A DNA stretch of 64,000 bases. It comes from Octopus vulgaris (taxonomy: Eukaryota). Where the stretch lies: positions 18,042,001 through 18,106,000 of the forward strand of contig OX597833.1 in NCBI GenBank assembly GCA_951406725.2. The letters are read 5' to 3'. The number at the start of each line of letters is the position of its first letter. Within the stretch, counting starts at the first letter, position 1. The notes under the pieces were generated by a model. The model saw only the letters and a list, made by a program, of their open reading frames with translations. It was not told where the DNA came from and did no database searches. The translations under genes were made by a program, and so were the position numbers. Shown piece after piece: positions 11,500 through 23,780 of this stretch.

Positions 11500-12825
11500 T
11501 TTTGTTGTTGTTGTTGTTGTTGCTGTTGTTGCTATATGTTTGACTTTTGCTTTGTATTTATACAAGTTGACTCCAAGTCTCGCCCAGAGACCTCAAAATA
11601 CAACAAGTTAGAAGTTCAAGCTGGTGTTATGCCTAGGGTGTCATATATTTATTTTTGCTCAAAGTATTATTCTAGAGAATGTTTAATAACACAAGAAAAT
11701 TATAAGTTTGTTTTAAAATTTGAGATTACATAGACAGTATTTTACGTAGGATATGGGAAATTCCCATGGGCACTATCTTTTGAATTCCTGTCATTTTGGG
11801 GTTTCCTGGTATCTGAGCTAGGTAGGAATCAGCCCCTTTTGCTATCATTCCTAGAGCACCTATGACAATAGATATTGTTTTAGTCTTGAGGCTCCACATT
11901 TTGCCAATTTCTATTTCAAGATCTTTGTACTTGCTCAGTTTTTGGTAGATCTTGGCAGATACACTCATGTCGATTGGGACAGTCATATGAATGAGAAGGC
12001 AAGATTTTTGTCTGAAGTCCTTCAACATAATGTCTGACTTATTCTGTCAGTTTGAACGATGAAGTTCCAGAGGGGTGAGGTGTGGTCATCTTCAAGCACT
12101 GGCGGTGGTTTGTGTTCCCACCAGTTTTATCATGGGGTAGGTCCAAGTTTTTGCAAATTACCCAGTGAACATACTGTGCTGCTCTATCACGCCTGTTGAG
12201 ATACTCTGTAGGCGCAAGAAGACAGAACATGAAGAGAACATGATCGATGGTTTCATTTTGTTGTTTACATACACGACATGCTGGGCTACTGCCGTTCTTT
12301 AATATGTTGTCCCGGTAGCTCCTTGTAGGTAGGCATTGATCTTGGGCTGCTAAGATAAATCCTTCTGTCTCTGATTTAAACCAGAAGACACTAACCATTG
12401 ATGGGTAAGGGCTTTGTCAATATCGGCATTATTAAATCTCTTTAAGTATTTGCCATTAAGAAGATTTTCTTGCCATTTATGAGTAAGAATATCTAAGGCA
12501 GCAGTTTTAGCAAAGGTTTTCACATGCTTAGCTTTTTCTGTGCTTGTTTCCAGTACGTCTAATTCTGGGATTTGTTGTATTTGGAATTCACTTAGATACT
12601 TCTTTGCCTGTTTTCTTACTGAGTATGATTATTTCTTATTTTCATGCTTTAAGACAAATTTTAACATCCAGTCATCAGAGTTTTTGTGGTCGGTGTTTAG
12701 GCTAATTGTGGCAATCTTCATTGTTAATTCCAGTTGTAAAAATCCACACTCTCTTTTCTTGGTAGGTAGAGTCGTTCTATATCTGCCTTAGGGTGGTGCA
12801 TTCTATGCATTGTCAACAAAATTAT
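11500..12825 (-). mobile_element. Dong/R4-clade LINE 3' portion (CCHC + endonuclease), decayed
   Basis: SETEGFILAAQDQCLPTR..CRVCKQQNETIDHV..; KLSKYKDLEIEIGKMW..IVIGALG; multiple frameshifts; (AAC)n at the 3' end. Confidence 0.88.
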
Positions 12826-12967
12826 TTTTAATTTTGACTCTATATCTTAAGGAGGAGTTACCTCAATCTTTTATATATTAACCAAAACGAAGTAGATTGA
12901 CAAATTTATTTTTTGAACCAGTTGAAGACACACTAGATAACAATGGCACTCTTCTTTTAATTTTCAC

Positions 12968-13020
<53 letters not shown>

Positions 13021-13068
13021 TAATTATTATTAATATTATTATTATTATTACCATTATCATTATTATTA

Positions 13069-13110
<42 letters not shown>
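12968..13110. repeat. (AAT)n/(ATT)n microsatellite
   Basis: Direct inspection. Confidence 0.95.
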
Positions 13111-13112
<2 letters not shown>

Positions 13113-13299
13113 ATTTGTCCATCCTTACGTTCTGAGTTCAAATTCCGCCGAAGTCAGTTTCGCCTTTCGTCCTTCCGGGGTCGATAAAAAAAGTACCAGC
13201 TGAGTATTAGGCTCAAATATCAGAGCTAACGTCAAACTACGTATATAATTATGAAGGCTAATTACATATGCAGCTACAGACTCAATGCATTGTTGGTCG

Positions 13300-13610
13300 A
13301 TTACATCGAAAGCAGTGCATTATGGGAAGAGGGAATTTGAGCAAAATCGTATCGAGCATAAACAAATCAAAAGAAATGTCTGTAAGAGCCATGATGTGTA
13401 TTTGCTTGATTATGTTGGCACACAGCCCAATTTAACATGTAAAGAGTGTAGGTTTGTCTAAGTGAAGCAGGCCTTGGAAGTCATCAGAGGAGACAAACAC
13501 ACAGGGGAGTTGTTAATTATGAATTATACGGCATCTTTGCTTGCTGGAAGTGTGGAAAAGAATGTGCATCAGGAGGAGGACTGAAATATAATATGAAGGT
13601 TCACTAAAAC
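13300..13610 (+). mobile_element. RTE-clade LINE ORF C-terminus remnant with two C2H2-like fingers
   Basis: ..AVHYGKREFEQNRIEHKQIKR.., CKECRFV-(frameshift)-SEAGLGSHQRRQTH and CWKCGKECASGGGLKYNMKVH. Confidence 0.65.
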
Positions 13611-13789
13611 TGTATTCTAACACCTACTGCATGAGGCACCCGTCGTTACCACATCTGTGTAAAAGAGTGTAAATCCCCAGCTGAACATGATCCCATGTTT
13701 AAGAGAACACTCAAGCGATGGTATTGTTTGAATTCAGTTGTGGCCATTCATCGGATATATACACACCAAAGGATCAAATGTCCGTTTTG

Positions 13790-14021
13790 GGTCATAGACG
13801 CGTAAAGGCCGTGTTTCCGGATTCTATGGCTTACATATTCTCCCCCTCCTATCCTGGATGAGGCGTTGGTCCACCGCAGGATTACTTGTTTTTGCCAGCT
13901 GAGTTGACTGGAGCAATATGAAATAAAGAGTTTTACTGAAGAACACCATACATCGCCCGGTCCAGGAATTGAAACCACAATCCTGCGATCATGAGTACAA
14001 CATCCTAACCACTAAGCCACA
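13790..14021 (-). mobile_element. tRNA-derived SINE (family C), diverged
   Basis: Similar to 1457-1702. Confidence 0.65.
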
Positions 14022-14047
14022 CGAAGTAACTTACGATTATGAGGACG

Positions 14048-14086
<39 letters not shown>

Positions 14087-14204
14087 AAAAAAGAAAGAAA
14101 AAAAGAAAGAAAGAAGATAGAGTCGCAAAAATATATAAAAACTTACTGTTAACAAAAGTCGGGATGCGTGGTGACACCAAATAAGAAATGTTTAAGTATC
14201 TTCT

Positions 14205-14453
14205 GCTAATCTCCTATAGCCTCGGGCCGACCAAAACCTTTTGAGGGAAACTGAAAGAAGCTATCGTGTATAGGCTTCTGACGTACGCACATCCATCCAT
14301 CTATCCATCCATCCATCCATCCATCCATCCATCCATCCATCCATACAGACACACATATGTATGTATTACGTATGTATGTATGTATGAATGTATGTGTGTG
14401 TGTGCGCGTCTGTGTGTATGTATGAATGTGTGTGAGTGTGAGTGTGTGCGTGT

Positions 14454-14517
<64 letters not shown>

Positions 14518-14740
14518 CCTTGCGCTTGTCCCTGTTGTGTTTGTCCCTCACCGACGATTCATAATCTGTGTTTTTACGTCCTCGAAAACTTAGCGGTTCG
14601 GCAAGGGGTGGGGGGCGATAGAATAAGAACCAACAAGTACCAAAATTTAAAGTAAGTACTGGAGTCGATTCGTTCGATTAAAATTCTTCATGGTGGTGCC
14701 TCAGCATGGCCGCAGTTGAATAACCGAAACAAGTAAAATA
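14205..14740 (+). mobile_element. Diverged SINE family A with expanded internal microsatellites
   Basis: CTATAGCCTCGGGCCGACCAAA ... CTTAGCGGTTCGGCAA ... CAGCATGGCCGCAG. Confidence 0.7.
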
Positions 14741-14744
14741 TAAA

Positions 14745-15071
14745 ACATACATACACACATACATACATACATACATACATACATACATACATACACATAC
14801 ACACACATACATACATACATACATACACATACATACATACATACATACATACATACATACATACAAACATACATACATACATACACATACACACACATAC
14901 ACACATACATACACACATACATACATACATACATACATAAATACATACATACATACATACATACATACATACATACATACATACATACATACACATACAC
15001 ACACATACATACATACATACATACATACAAACATACATACATACATACATACATACATACAAACATACATA
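14745..15071. repeat. (ACAT)n microsatellite
   Basis: Direct inspection. Confidence 0.95.
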
Positions 15072-15073
15072 CT

Positions 15074-15242
15074 GGAGTGTCTGTGTGATAAGTAGCTTGC
15101 TTACCAACCACATGGTGCTGGGTTCCGTCCCACTGCGTGGCACCTTGGGTTAGTGCCTTCTACCATAGCCTCGGGCTGACCTTGTGAGTGGATTCGGTAG
15201 ACGGAAACTGAAAGAAGCCTGTTGTATATATATATATATATA

Positions 15243-15313
<71 letters not shown>

Positions 15314-15925
15314 TTGTGTGTATGTTTGTGTGTCTGTTTGTTCCCCCAACATCACTTGACAACCGATGCTGGTGTGTTTACGTCCCCGTCACTTAGCGGT
15401 TCGGCAAGAGAGACCCATAGAATAAGTACTAGGCTTACAAAGAATAAGTCCTGGGTCGATTTGCTTGACTAAAAGGCGTTGCTCCAGCATAGTTGCAGTC
15501 AAATGACTGAAACAAATAATAAAAAAATACAGGAGTGGCTGTGTGGTAAGTAGCTTGCTAACCAACCACATGGTTGCGGGTTCAGTCCCACTGCGTGGCA
15601 TCTTGGGCAAGTGTCTTCTGCTATGGCCCCGGGCCGACCAATGCCTTGTGAGTGGATTTGGTAGACGGAAACTGAAAGAAGCCTGTCGTATATATGTATA
15701 TATATATATGTGTGTGTGTGTGTTTGTGTGTCTGTGTTTGTCCCCCTAGCATTGCTTGACAACCGATGCTGGTGTGTCTACGTCCCCGCCACTTAGTGGT
15801 TCGGCAAAAGAGACCGATAGAATAAGTACTGGGCTTACAAAGAATAAGTTCCGGGGTCGATTTGATCGACTAAAGGCGGTGCTCCAGCATGGCTGCAGTC
15901 AAATGACTGAAACAAATAATAAAAA
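15074..15925 (+). mobile_element. Two head-to-tail SINE family A copies (15074-15525, 15531-15925)
   Basis: Two complete matches; both end TGACTGAAACAAATAATAAAAAAATACA. Confidence 0.9.
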
Positions 15926-16145
15926 AATACATACATATCGAATTTCCTACAAGTCAACATGGGGTCCTTTGACATCAATGTAAACTTCTTTTGATTAAGG
16001 TATCTTTGGCCCGACGAGGAGATAACGGATTATCTTCTCATTTGGATAATTACTACTTCCGAGGCTCTGCTAGCTATGTAAAATATGTAGCCTGGATTGT
16101 ATCTATTCCATTCCCTAATTCTAGACACACACACACACACACATA

Positions 16146-16201
<56 letters not shown>

Positions 16202-16767
16202 TTGGGTTGTCCGGAAAGTTCGCGCCGATTTTTAAAGGAAAGAAAAAGGTCAATAAATATTTGCCATTACATTTTTAATCAACCAAATATGAACCATTTT
16301 GTTGCACAATGCGTCTCCATTTTTCCTTTAACCTGAAAATACCCTCTTCCCAGAATTCAGGTGGTTTCATGGCAAAGAATTAATCAAGGTATCTTTTTAC
16401 GTCATCCAAGGAATTGAATTTTTTACCATTAAGACTATTCTGCAGAGACCTGAATAAGTGGAAATCCGAAGGAGCAATATCTGGTGAATATGGAGGGTGG
16501 GGTAACACATCCCAGCCGGGCTGCAGCAATTTTTGTCTGGTTCCCAAAGCATCAAATGCCGAAAATGAACTTTCTTATCTTCCATTGTGAAGGGTTACAG
16601 AATTAACAAAAGTTAGAGGAACATAAACCTTCTTCCACGAAAAGATAGTTTAAACTCTGCTCTAAATGGAGATGTAGTGAAATCCTATTTTATGGACTCA
16701 ACCATGTTCTAAAATAAGTCGAAAGGCAAGCTACTATATATCGGCACGAACTTTCCGGACAACCCAA
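16202..16767 (-). mobile_element. Internally deleted mariner transposon with intact TIRs
   Basis: TIRs TTGGGTTGTCCGGAAAGTTCG / CGAACTTTCCGGACAACCCAA with TA TSD; minus strand encodes MEDKKVHFRHLMLWE joined to GWDVLPHPPYSPDIAPSDFHLFRSLQN (mariner YSPDLAP motif). Confidence 0.93.
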
Positions 16768-16772
16768 TATAT

Positions 16773-16936
16773 ATTTCTTTACTGCCCACAAGGGCTAAAC
16801 ATAGAGGAGACAAACAAGGACAGACAAAGGGATTAAGTCGATTACATCGACCGCAGTGCGTGACTGGTACTTTATTTATCGACCCCGAAAGGATGAAAGG
16901 CAAAGTCGACCTCGGCGGAATTGGAACTCAGAACGT
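16773..16936 (-). mobile_element. SINE family B (tRNA head + Meta-domain-like core), 5'-truncated
   Basis: GCCTTTCATCCTTTCGGGGTCGATAAAT..AGTACCAG core and tail AGCCCTTGTGGGCAGTAAAGAAATA on the minus strand. Confidence 0.85.
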
Positions 16937-17369
16937 ATCTATATGTGTGTGTGCATTCGAAATTTATACCTCCCTTTGACTATTCCATATTTTCTCCCTA
17001 TTTTCTCTCGTTCGCTCTATTAATACACCACCAACACAAAAAAAAAATCTCCCTTAACATAATTTCATTATCTTTAAATACTTCTATATTATTTTGATAC
17101 CCTAGAAAACACACAACGCTTAAAAGCCTACCCCTAATGTATACTAGACTTAACAATATGTATATATATTCATTCAACCGTGCCATAATTTCATTCATTC
17201 GATAAGTCCGTGAGAACGAGACAAAAAGCCTTTGTTAAGAATCACTTAAATTTAATGAATATTTATCCTCGGTCCGTAAAGTAAACCGCATCTTGATTTA
17301 CATATTTGATAGTCGCTTCTAGTTTTATTCTTAGAACACAGAATACACACATACACACACACGCACGCG

Positions 17370-17422
<53 letters not shown>

Positions 17423-17567
17423 GTGCATGTGTGTGTGGATATGGATAAATATGAACAAGTGTGTGCGTTTATATTTATTTATATTTATATTTACGTGATA
17501 ATTTCTATGGTTGCATGCATACATACATATGTACATACATACCAACAGACAGACAAACATATATATA

Positions 17568-17626
<59 letters not shown>

Positions 17627-17627
<1 letters not shown>

Positions 17628-17800
17628 GTGTGAGAATGTACAAAAAAACCCCAAAAGACTAAGACAGGTGGTGTAGACAACAAACAGATGTATTAGTTTA
17701 ACGCTCGGGAAGTGGAAAAGTCTTTAATGTTTCGAGCCTACGCTCTTCCACAGAAAGGAACACAGAAAATAAAGCATGTGTAGTGCCTAGCGATCCATCA
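17627..17800 (-). mobile_element. PLE-type 3' end with hammerhead-like motif (17722-17757), adjacent to (TA)n
   Basis: Minus CUUU-CUGUGGA-A-GAGC-GUAG-GCUC-GAAA-CAUU-AAAG; same family as 21272-21420. Confidence 0.65.
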
Positions 17801-17885
17801 TGGACAAAAACAGTTTAGAAAGTACAAAAGAGTTAAGAAAAGTTCAAAAGGTTCAAAAAGCTTAAATATGAAGCATGAAGCAAGC

Positions 17886-17933
<48 letters not shown>

Positions 17934-18243
17934 ACTCGACCACATATTTACAAACACCGGGAACTCCCTTGATTCAAAAAGTCTTGTCGCATCGTTAGCG
18001 ACCGGCTTAAACTTTTGTTTAAGAAGAAATTAAATAAAACTCAAAAGAAAAATCATGCATCCATATATACACGACTATATACACTCACACATACATACAA
18101 GCAGAATACCCAGTATTCAGCTGGAAATGACCTAGAATCAGCTTCAATGAAGGTATATTTCGTTTAAAACAACACTATTGTATTAATAATTTTGTCTTCC
18201 AACACATGTATAATAGCCTAGTGTCTGCTGATCTATGTTGTTG

Positions 18244-18329
<86 letters not shown>

Positions 18330-18334
18330 GATAA

Positions 18335-18611
18335 TACTCTTTACCCTCTTTTACTCTTACTCTTTTACTTGTTTCAGTTATTTGACTGTGGCCATGCTGC
18401 AGCACCGCCTTTAGTCGAGTAAATCGATCCCAGGACTTACTCTTTGTAAGGCTAGCACTTATTCTATCGGTCTCTTTTGCCGAACCGCTAAGTTACGGGG
18501 AGGTAAACACACCAGCATCGGTTGTCAAGCGATGTTGGGGAGACAAACACAGACGCACAAACACACACACACACACATATATACATATACAAATATACGA
18601 CACAGACACAA

Positions 18612-18700
<89 letters not shown>

Positions 18701-18858
18701 TATTTGACGGCCTTTTTTCAGTTTCCGTCTACCAAATCCACTCACAAGGCTTTGGTCGGCTCGAAGCTATAGTAGAAGATACTTGCCTATGATGCCACGC
18801 AGTGGGACTGAACCCAGAACCATGTGGTTCGTAAGCAAGCTACTTACCACGCAGCCAC
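18335..18858 (-). mobile_element. SINE family A
   Basis: Full match. Confidence 0.88.
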
Positions 18859-18919
18859 GTTTTTAAATGCTTGTAAAAACACATACACACACACACTCAT
18901 CTATTAACAAAAAAAGAAA

Positions 18920-19310
18920 CAGTATGGAAGGGAAAGAATGTACGGACAGTTTGCAAGAGATAAGAACACCAAGGCAGGTATAGATGATCGGTGGTTATGG
19001 ATGAGGAGGAGTGATCTGAAGATAGAGACTGAAGCACTCATATGTGCAGCTCAAGAACAAGCGTTAAGGACCAACTATGTGAAGTGCAGAATAGACAACG
19101 CTACCGACAGCCACAAATGTAGAAAGTGTGATGAGAGAAGTGAAACAGTATGACACACCGTTAGCGAATGCTCGAAATTGGCACAAAGGGGATACAAAAT
19201 ATGACATGAGAATATGGCAAGAATGATCTATCGGGAGCTCTGTGGAAATCACGACCTACAAAGAGCAATGGCATTGTGTAAGCAAATCCCAGAATGATAA
19301 TGCGAATTGC
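18920..19310 (+). mobile_element. Dong/R4-clade LINE fragment
   Basis: MYGQF..WLWMRRSDLKIETEALICAAQEQALRTNY..CRKCDERSETV*HTVSECSKLAQ; abuts (AAT)n, the known Dong-type target. Confidence 0.85.
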
Positions 19311-19356
<46 letters not shown>

Positions 19357-19361
19357 TAACG

Positions 19362-19412
<51 letters not shown>

Positions 19413-19460
19413 TCGAAAACTACCTTAGGAATGAGAACCCAGGTTCGAAATTTCCCCCAA

Positions 19461-19506
19461 GACACCTGATGAAGGTTGGAGGGTATATCAGCCGAAACGT
19501 TGTGTT
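19461..19506 (+). ncRNA. Canonical minimal type I hammerhead ribozyme, within a ~180-bp PLE-like end (19411-19592)
   Basis: GACAC-CUGAUGA-A-GGUUG-(loop)-CAGCC-GAAA-CG-UU/GUGUU: complete core, stems I and II, palindromic AACGUU stem III. Confidence 0.85.
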
Positions 19507-20613
19507 AACAACAAACAAGATGAGGACAAATATCCATCGAATGTAAATAATGTAAATAATGTACATAATTCCTCATCTCTTAAATATAGAACGACATATA
19601 TCCAATTCAAGCATATCAAGTGCTCCGATGTGTATTCAATGTACAAAACAACACTTTCTATATATGTAAATATAATAAAATAATATAATAAAGTATTAGA
19701 TGAGGCGATGTTCTTGTAACTAGTGTAGTGTGCTCTTAAAGTTCTTCTGTTGTCCCCGATTCCTTGGAAAATACCAAAGTACCATTTATAAGAAAACTTC
19801 AGCTACAACTGTTTCATCCGATTCTCGTCTGCAGGATCTGGGGTTATTTTAAGCGTCCACATAATTAATCTGTTCTGAGACTCCGCTGCTATATAGGACA
19901 TCAATGCAGTTGGAAGCCGTATTGAAGGCCATCTCATCCACTGACAGCGAGAAGGATTGTTATCTTATGATATGAATTATATACCTAGGACACTAGACGG
20001 TTGGCTAGAATTCTCATTTATTTATATAGAATATCCTTATAGATTTATGGTAAGGATTCAAGCCGCTAATTTCTAGATCTAAAATAACATTTAAGTTAAC
20101 ATTACTGAGTCTCGCAGCAATTAGCAGTAATTATTAATTAATACGCTGGAAGAATGTCATTTGATCTTAACTAAATCTATTTAGCTCACGATCGCTCATG
20201 TTATGGCTGATAATCAACTCATTGTCTCTGTTTCATCTGCACTTAAGCTTGTGAAGCCTTTGAGCAAAGAATTCAGAATATATTCGCTTATGACTATATA
20301 TAATTCGGTGTCGCCATATTCACTTATGGATACACCAAATGATTCTTCGTTTTTGTTGACTCAGATGGAATAGTATAAAAATATATATATAATCAATGAT
20401 TACTTGGTGTACTGGATGATATATAAATGTTACTTAAGTGTGTAAGCGTTCGCAAACTCCAGGGTTTTAGAAGAGGTTTCGCATTAGCAATGCCATACAT
20501 GAAACTTTCGGCGCTTTAGTAACCCTTAAAACTTTCTTCCGATCATAAACAATAAAAAGCTACACACACAGGTCTATATATTCTTTATTTGTTTCAACCA
20601 TGCGACTGCGGTC

Positions 20614-20669
<56 letters not shown>

Positions 20670-20730
20670 ATATTAAAAGTAAAAAGTAACAGAGTAAAAA
20701 GGAAGAGTAAGTATGGTTAGGCTGCTTTTT

Positions 20731-20850
20731 AGTTCTTACAAATGTTTCGATACATACAGATCCTCCTATATACGGGATTTAAATTAAATTATTTAACGAT
20801 TTAACTGTGTAAGAAGAAGATCTATATGTATCTCCTCGGGCGATACTCAG
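20731..20850 (-). ncRNA. Hammerhead-like motif with very long stem II, in a PLE-like end (20672-21100)
   Basis: Minus CCGAGGA-GAUACAUAUAGAUCUUCUU..AGGAGGAUCUGUAUGUAUC-GAAA-CAUUUG-UA; the 19-bp stem is fully paired only on the minus strand (three G-U pairs); stem I is weak. Confidence 0.55.
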
Positions 20851-21271
20851 TTGCTGTCTCCATAAGTAAATCTAGATTTCCATGCTACAACATCCATGGC
20901 TTCTTCTTTGAAACAAACAAACGCTGACGGTTTCAATTCGCTCGGTATGAGTGTGTCATCACGTTCGACATCATGAGCTGCAATGTACACGATGTCTGTT
21001 TATTTATTCAGTCTCAAAATGTTATTCGGCACATGCCAAACTGTACCATTACGCAAAATAAATTCATCCATTAGCTCATACTTTTTACTTTTTACTTTTT
21101 ATTTTCACACATGATGATACCTAAGACTAGAATTGGTAGCATACCATAAGAATACTACCGAGTATTTGGGAATTCTAAGGGTGAACGAGCTCTATTTGTA
21201 CTCTTATACATTCTTAACAGAACACACATCAACTACATGTGTGTGTGTGTGTGTGTAGTGAATATATACAT

Positions 21272-21420
21272 CCTTGTTTCTTTCTGTGTTCCTTTCTGTG
21301 GAAGAGCATAGGCTCGAAACGTTAAAGACTTTTTCACTTCCCGAGCGTTATACTAAATACATCTGTTTGTTGTCTACACGACCTGTCTTTTTTTTCTTTC
21401 TTTTTTTTTTGAATTCTCCC
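21272..21420 (+). mobile_element. PLE-type 3' end with hammerhead-like motif (21292-21327), ending at (TA)n
   Basis: CUUU-CUGUGGA-A-GAGC-AUAG-GCUC-GAAA-CGUU-AAAG; ~150 bp homologous to 17627-17770 in opposite orientation. Confidence 0.7.
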
Positions 21421-21544
21421 TATATATATATATATTTTTTTTTCTCCGACCAGACGATCAGATGTTGCTAAACATCGCTGGTCACAATGCGTTTGCATTG
21501 TTTTAGCCTTCGAACGACGCCACCCCGCTGGGTAAGCGAGCAGG

Positions 21545-21599
<55 letters not shown>

Positions 21600-22354
21600 A
21601 CACACACATATATGTATATATATATATACATTTGATAGATAGATACATACATACAAACATAATACATACTCATAGACATATATGCATATATATATAATAA
21701 CAATTTAATAAATAAAACATATGCATACATACATACATATATGTACATACCTACATCTATATGTATATATACATGCATATATGAGTACAGGACACCACAA
21801 ATAAACGTAGAACACAACGAGAAACGAAAACATAAAATCAAACAAGGAAACGGACTTTTTTTAACAACGAAAAAACAGAGTACAAGACAAACAATACAAG
21901 GAATATTCCCCTTCTTCAGCTGCCCCTGTTTCGACTCAATGCGTGTTTCGAAGGTAAGGGCAGAACACGGCCAGACCGAAGCAGTCCTTCCCGCAAAATG
22001 AATTAGATAAAGTTTTTTTGCGGAGGGGTAAAAAAAAGTGACAAGAACAGGACGTAAAAGCAATACAAATGAAAAAAAAAAAAACAGTACAAATAAAGAT
22101 AAAAACAGTAAAAGACAGGACAAGGAAACCAACAATAAGGGCTAAAAACATGGTATAATAATAAACAGGGTAAATTTTCGCCATTTCTTCGCAGACTGAA
22201 AAAAATGATAGACAACCTTAATCGATTTTCGAACCTTATTAGGTTCACATCAGAGGCGTCTACATCATTCTGACAGTCTCTAAAGAAACAAGCTGGCTTT
22301 AAGGATATCGCGAAAGCCTGGTTGGGCCTCCAATCAGAAGGCCCGACTTTCAGA

Positions 22355-22502
22355 GTTCTTTTACAGAGCTAAGAACAACTGAAGGACTGCCGCCATAAAT
22401 GTGTCAATCTGAGAGGGGAATATGTTGAATAAGATCATAATTAATTGATCCTCCTCTATTTTGTTTTACTCAAAGCCACTTACTTCTCCGTACCCCGTCG
22501 TG
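22355..22502 (+). mobile_element. Mariner 3'-end remnant
   Basis: ..KCVNLRGEYVE* resembles the mariner transposase C-terminus, followed by a TIR-like ..TACCCCGTCG. Confidence 0.45.
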
Positions 22503-22659
22503 TATGCGCGTTATGTTACTGAAATTGATATTTGCACTAATTTTCATTAATTCCTTATCCCTTAATATCAAATTGGAATTTGTAGTCCCGTCAAGTGGTA
22601 TGATTAAATGATTATCTCCCCTGTATTAACTGTCTGCTAGATACTTCACACACATATAC

Positions 22660-22664
22660 ATAAT

Positions 22665-22727
<63 letters not shown>

Positions 22728-22756
22728 CATATATACATGATATATATGTATGTATG

Positions 22757-22805
<49 letters not shown>

Positions 22806-22818
22806 ATGTATGCATGCA

Positions 22819-22859
<41 letters not shown>

Positions 22860-22872
22860 ATGTATGCATGCA

Positions 22873-22910
<38 letters not shown>
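22660..22910. repeat. (TA)n / (ATGC/ATGT)n compound microsatellite
   Basis: Direct inspection. Confidence 0.95.
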
Positions 22911-22913
<3 letters not shown>

Positions 22914-22919
22914 TTTTAT

Positions 22920-23284
22920 ACTTTTACTTGTTTATTTAACCGCGGTCATGCTGGGAAACCGCCTTAATAAATTTTTTTTTAGTCGAAGAAATCGACCCCA
23001 GGAGTTATTCTTTGTAAGCCTAGTACTTATTTTATCGGTAAGATACGAGGACGTTAACACACTAATGTCGGTTGCCAAGCGATGGTGTGGGAAACAAACA
23101 TAGACACAAAGATACACACGTATATACGATGGGCTTCTTTCAGTTTCCGTCTACCAAATCCACTCACAAGCCTTTGGTCGGTTCGAGGATATGGTAAAAG
23201 ACACTTGCCCAAGGTGCCATGCAGTGGGACTGAACCCGGAACCAAGAGGTTGGGAAGCAAGCTTCTTACTATACACCTACGCCT
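22920..23284 (-). mobile_element. SINE family A, diverged
   Basis: Match to family A. Confidence 0.8.

Positions 23285-23780
<496 letters not shown>

Noticed and set aside
12968-13110. (AAT)n followed by (ATT)n as a functional hairpin
   Set aside because: Low-complexity complementarity, most simply explained by two opposing microsatellite tails.
19700-20520. Possible very old reverse-transcriptase remnant
   Set aside because: No motif could be read with confidence; would need a profile search.
21895-21965. Minus-strand CTGAAGA and two CGAAA motifs as another hammerhead
   Set aside because: Motif order does not fit type I, and no convincing stem I or III for types II or III; at most a decayed PLE end.
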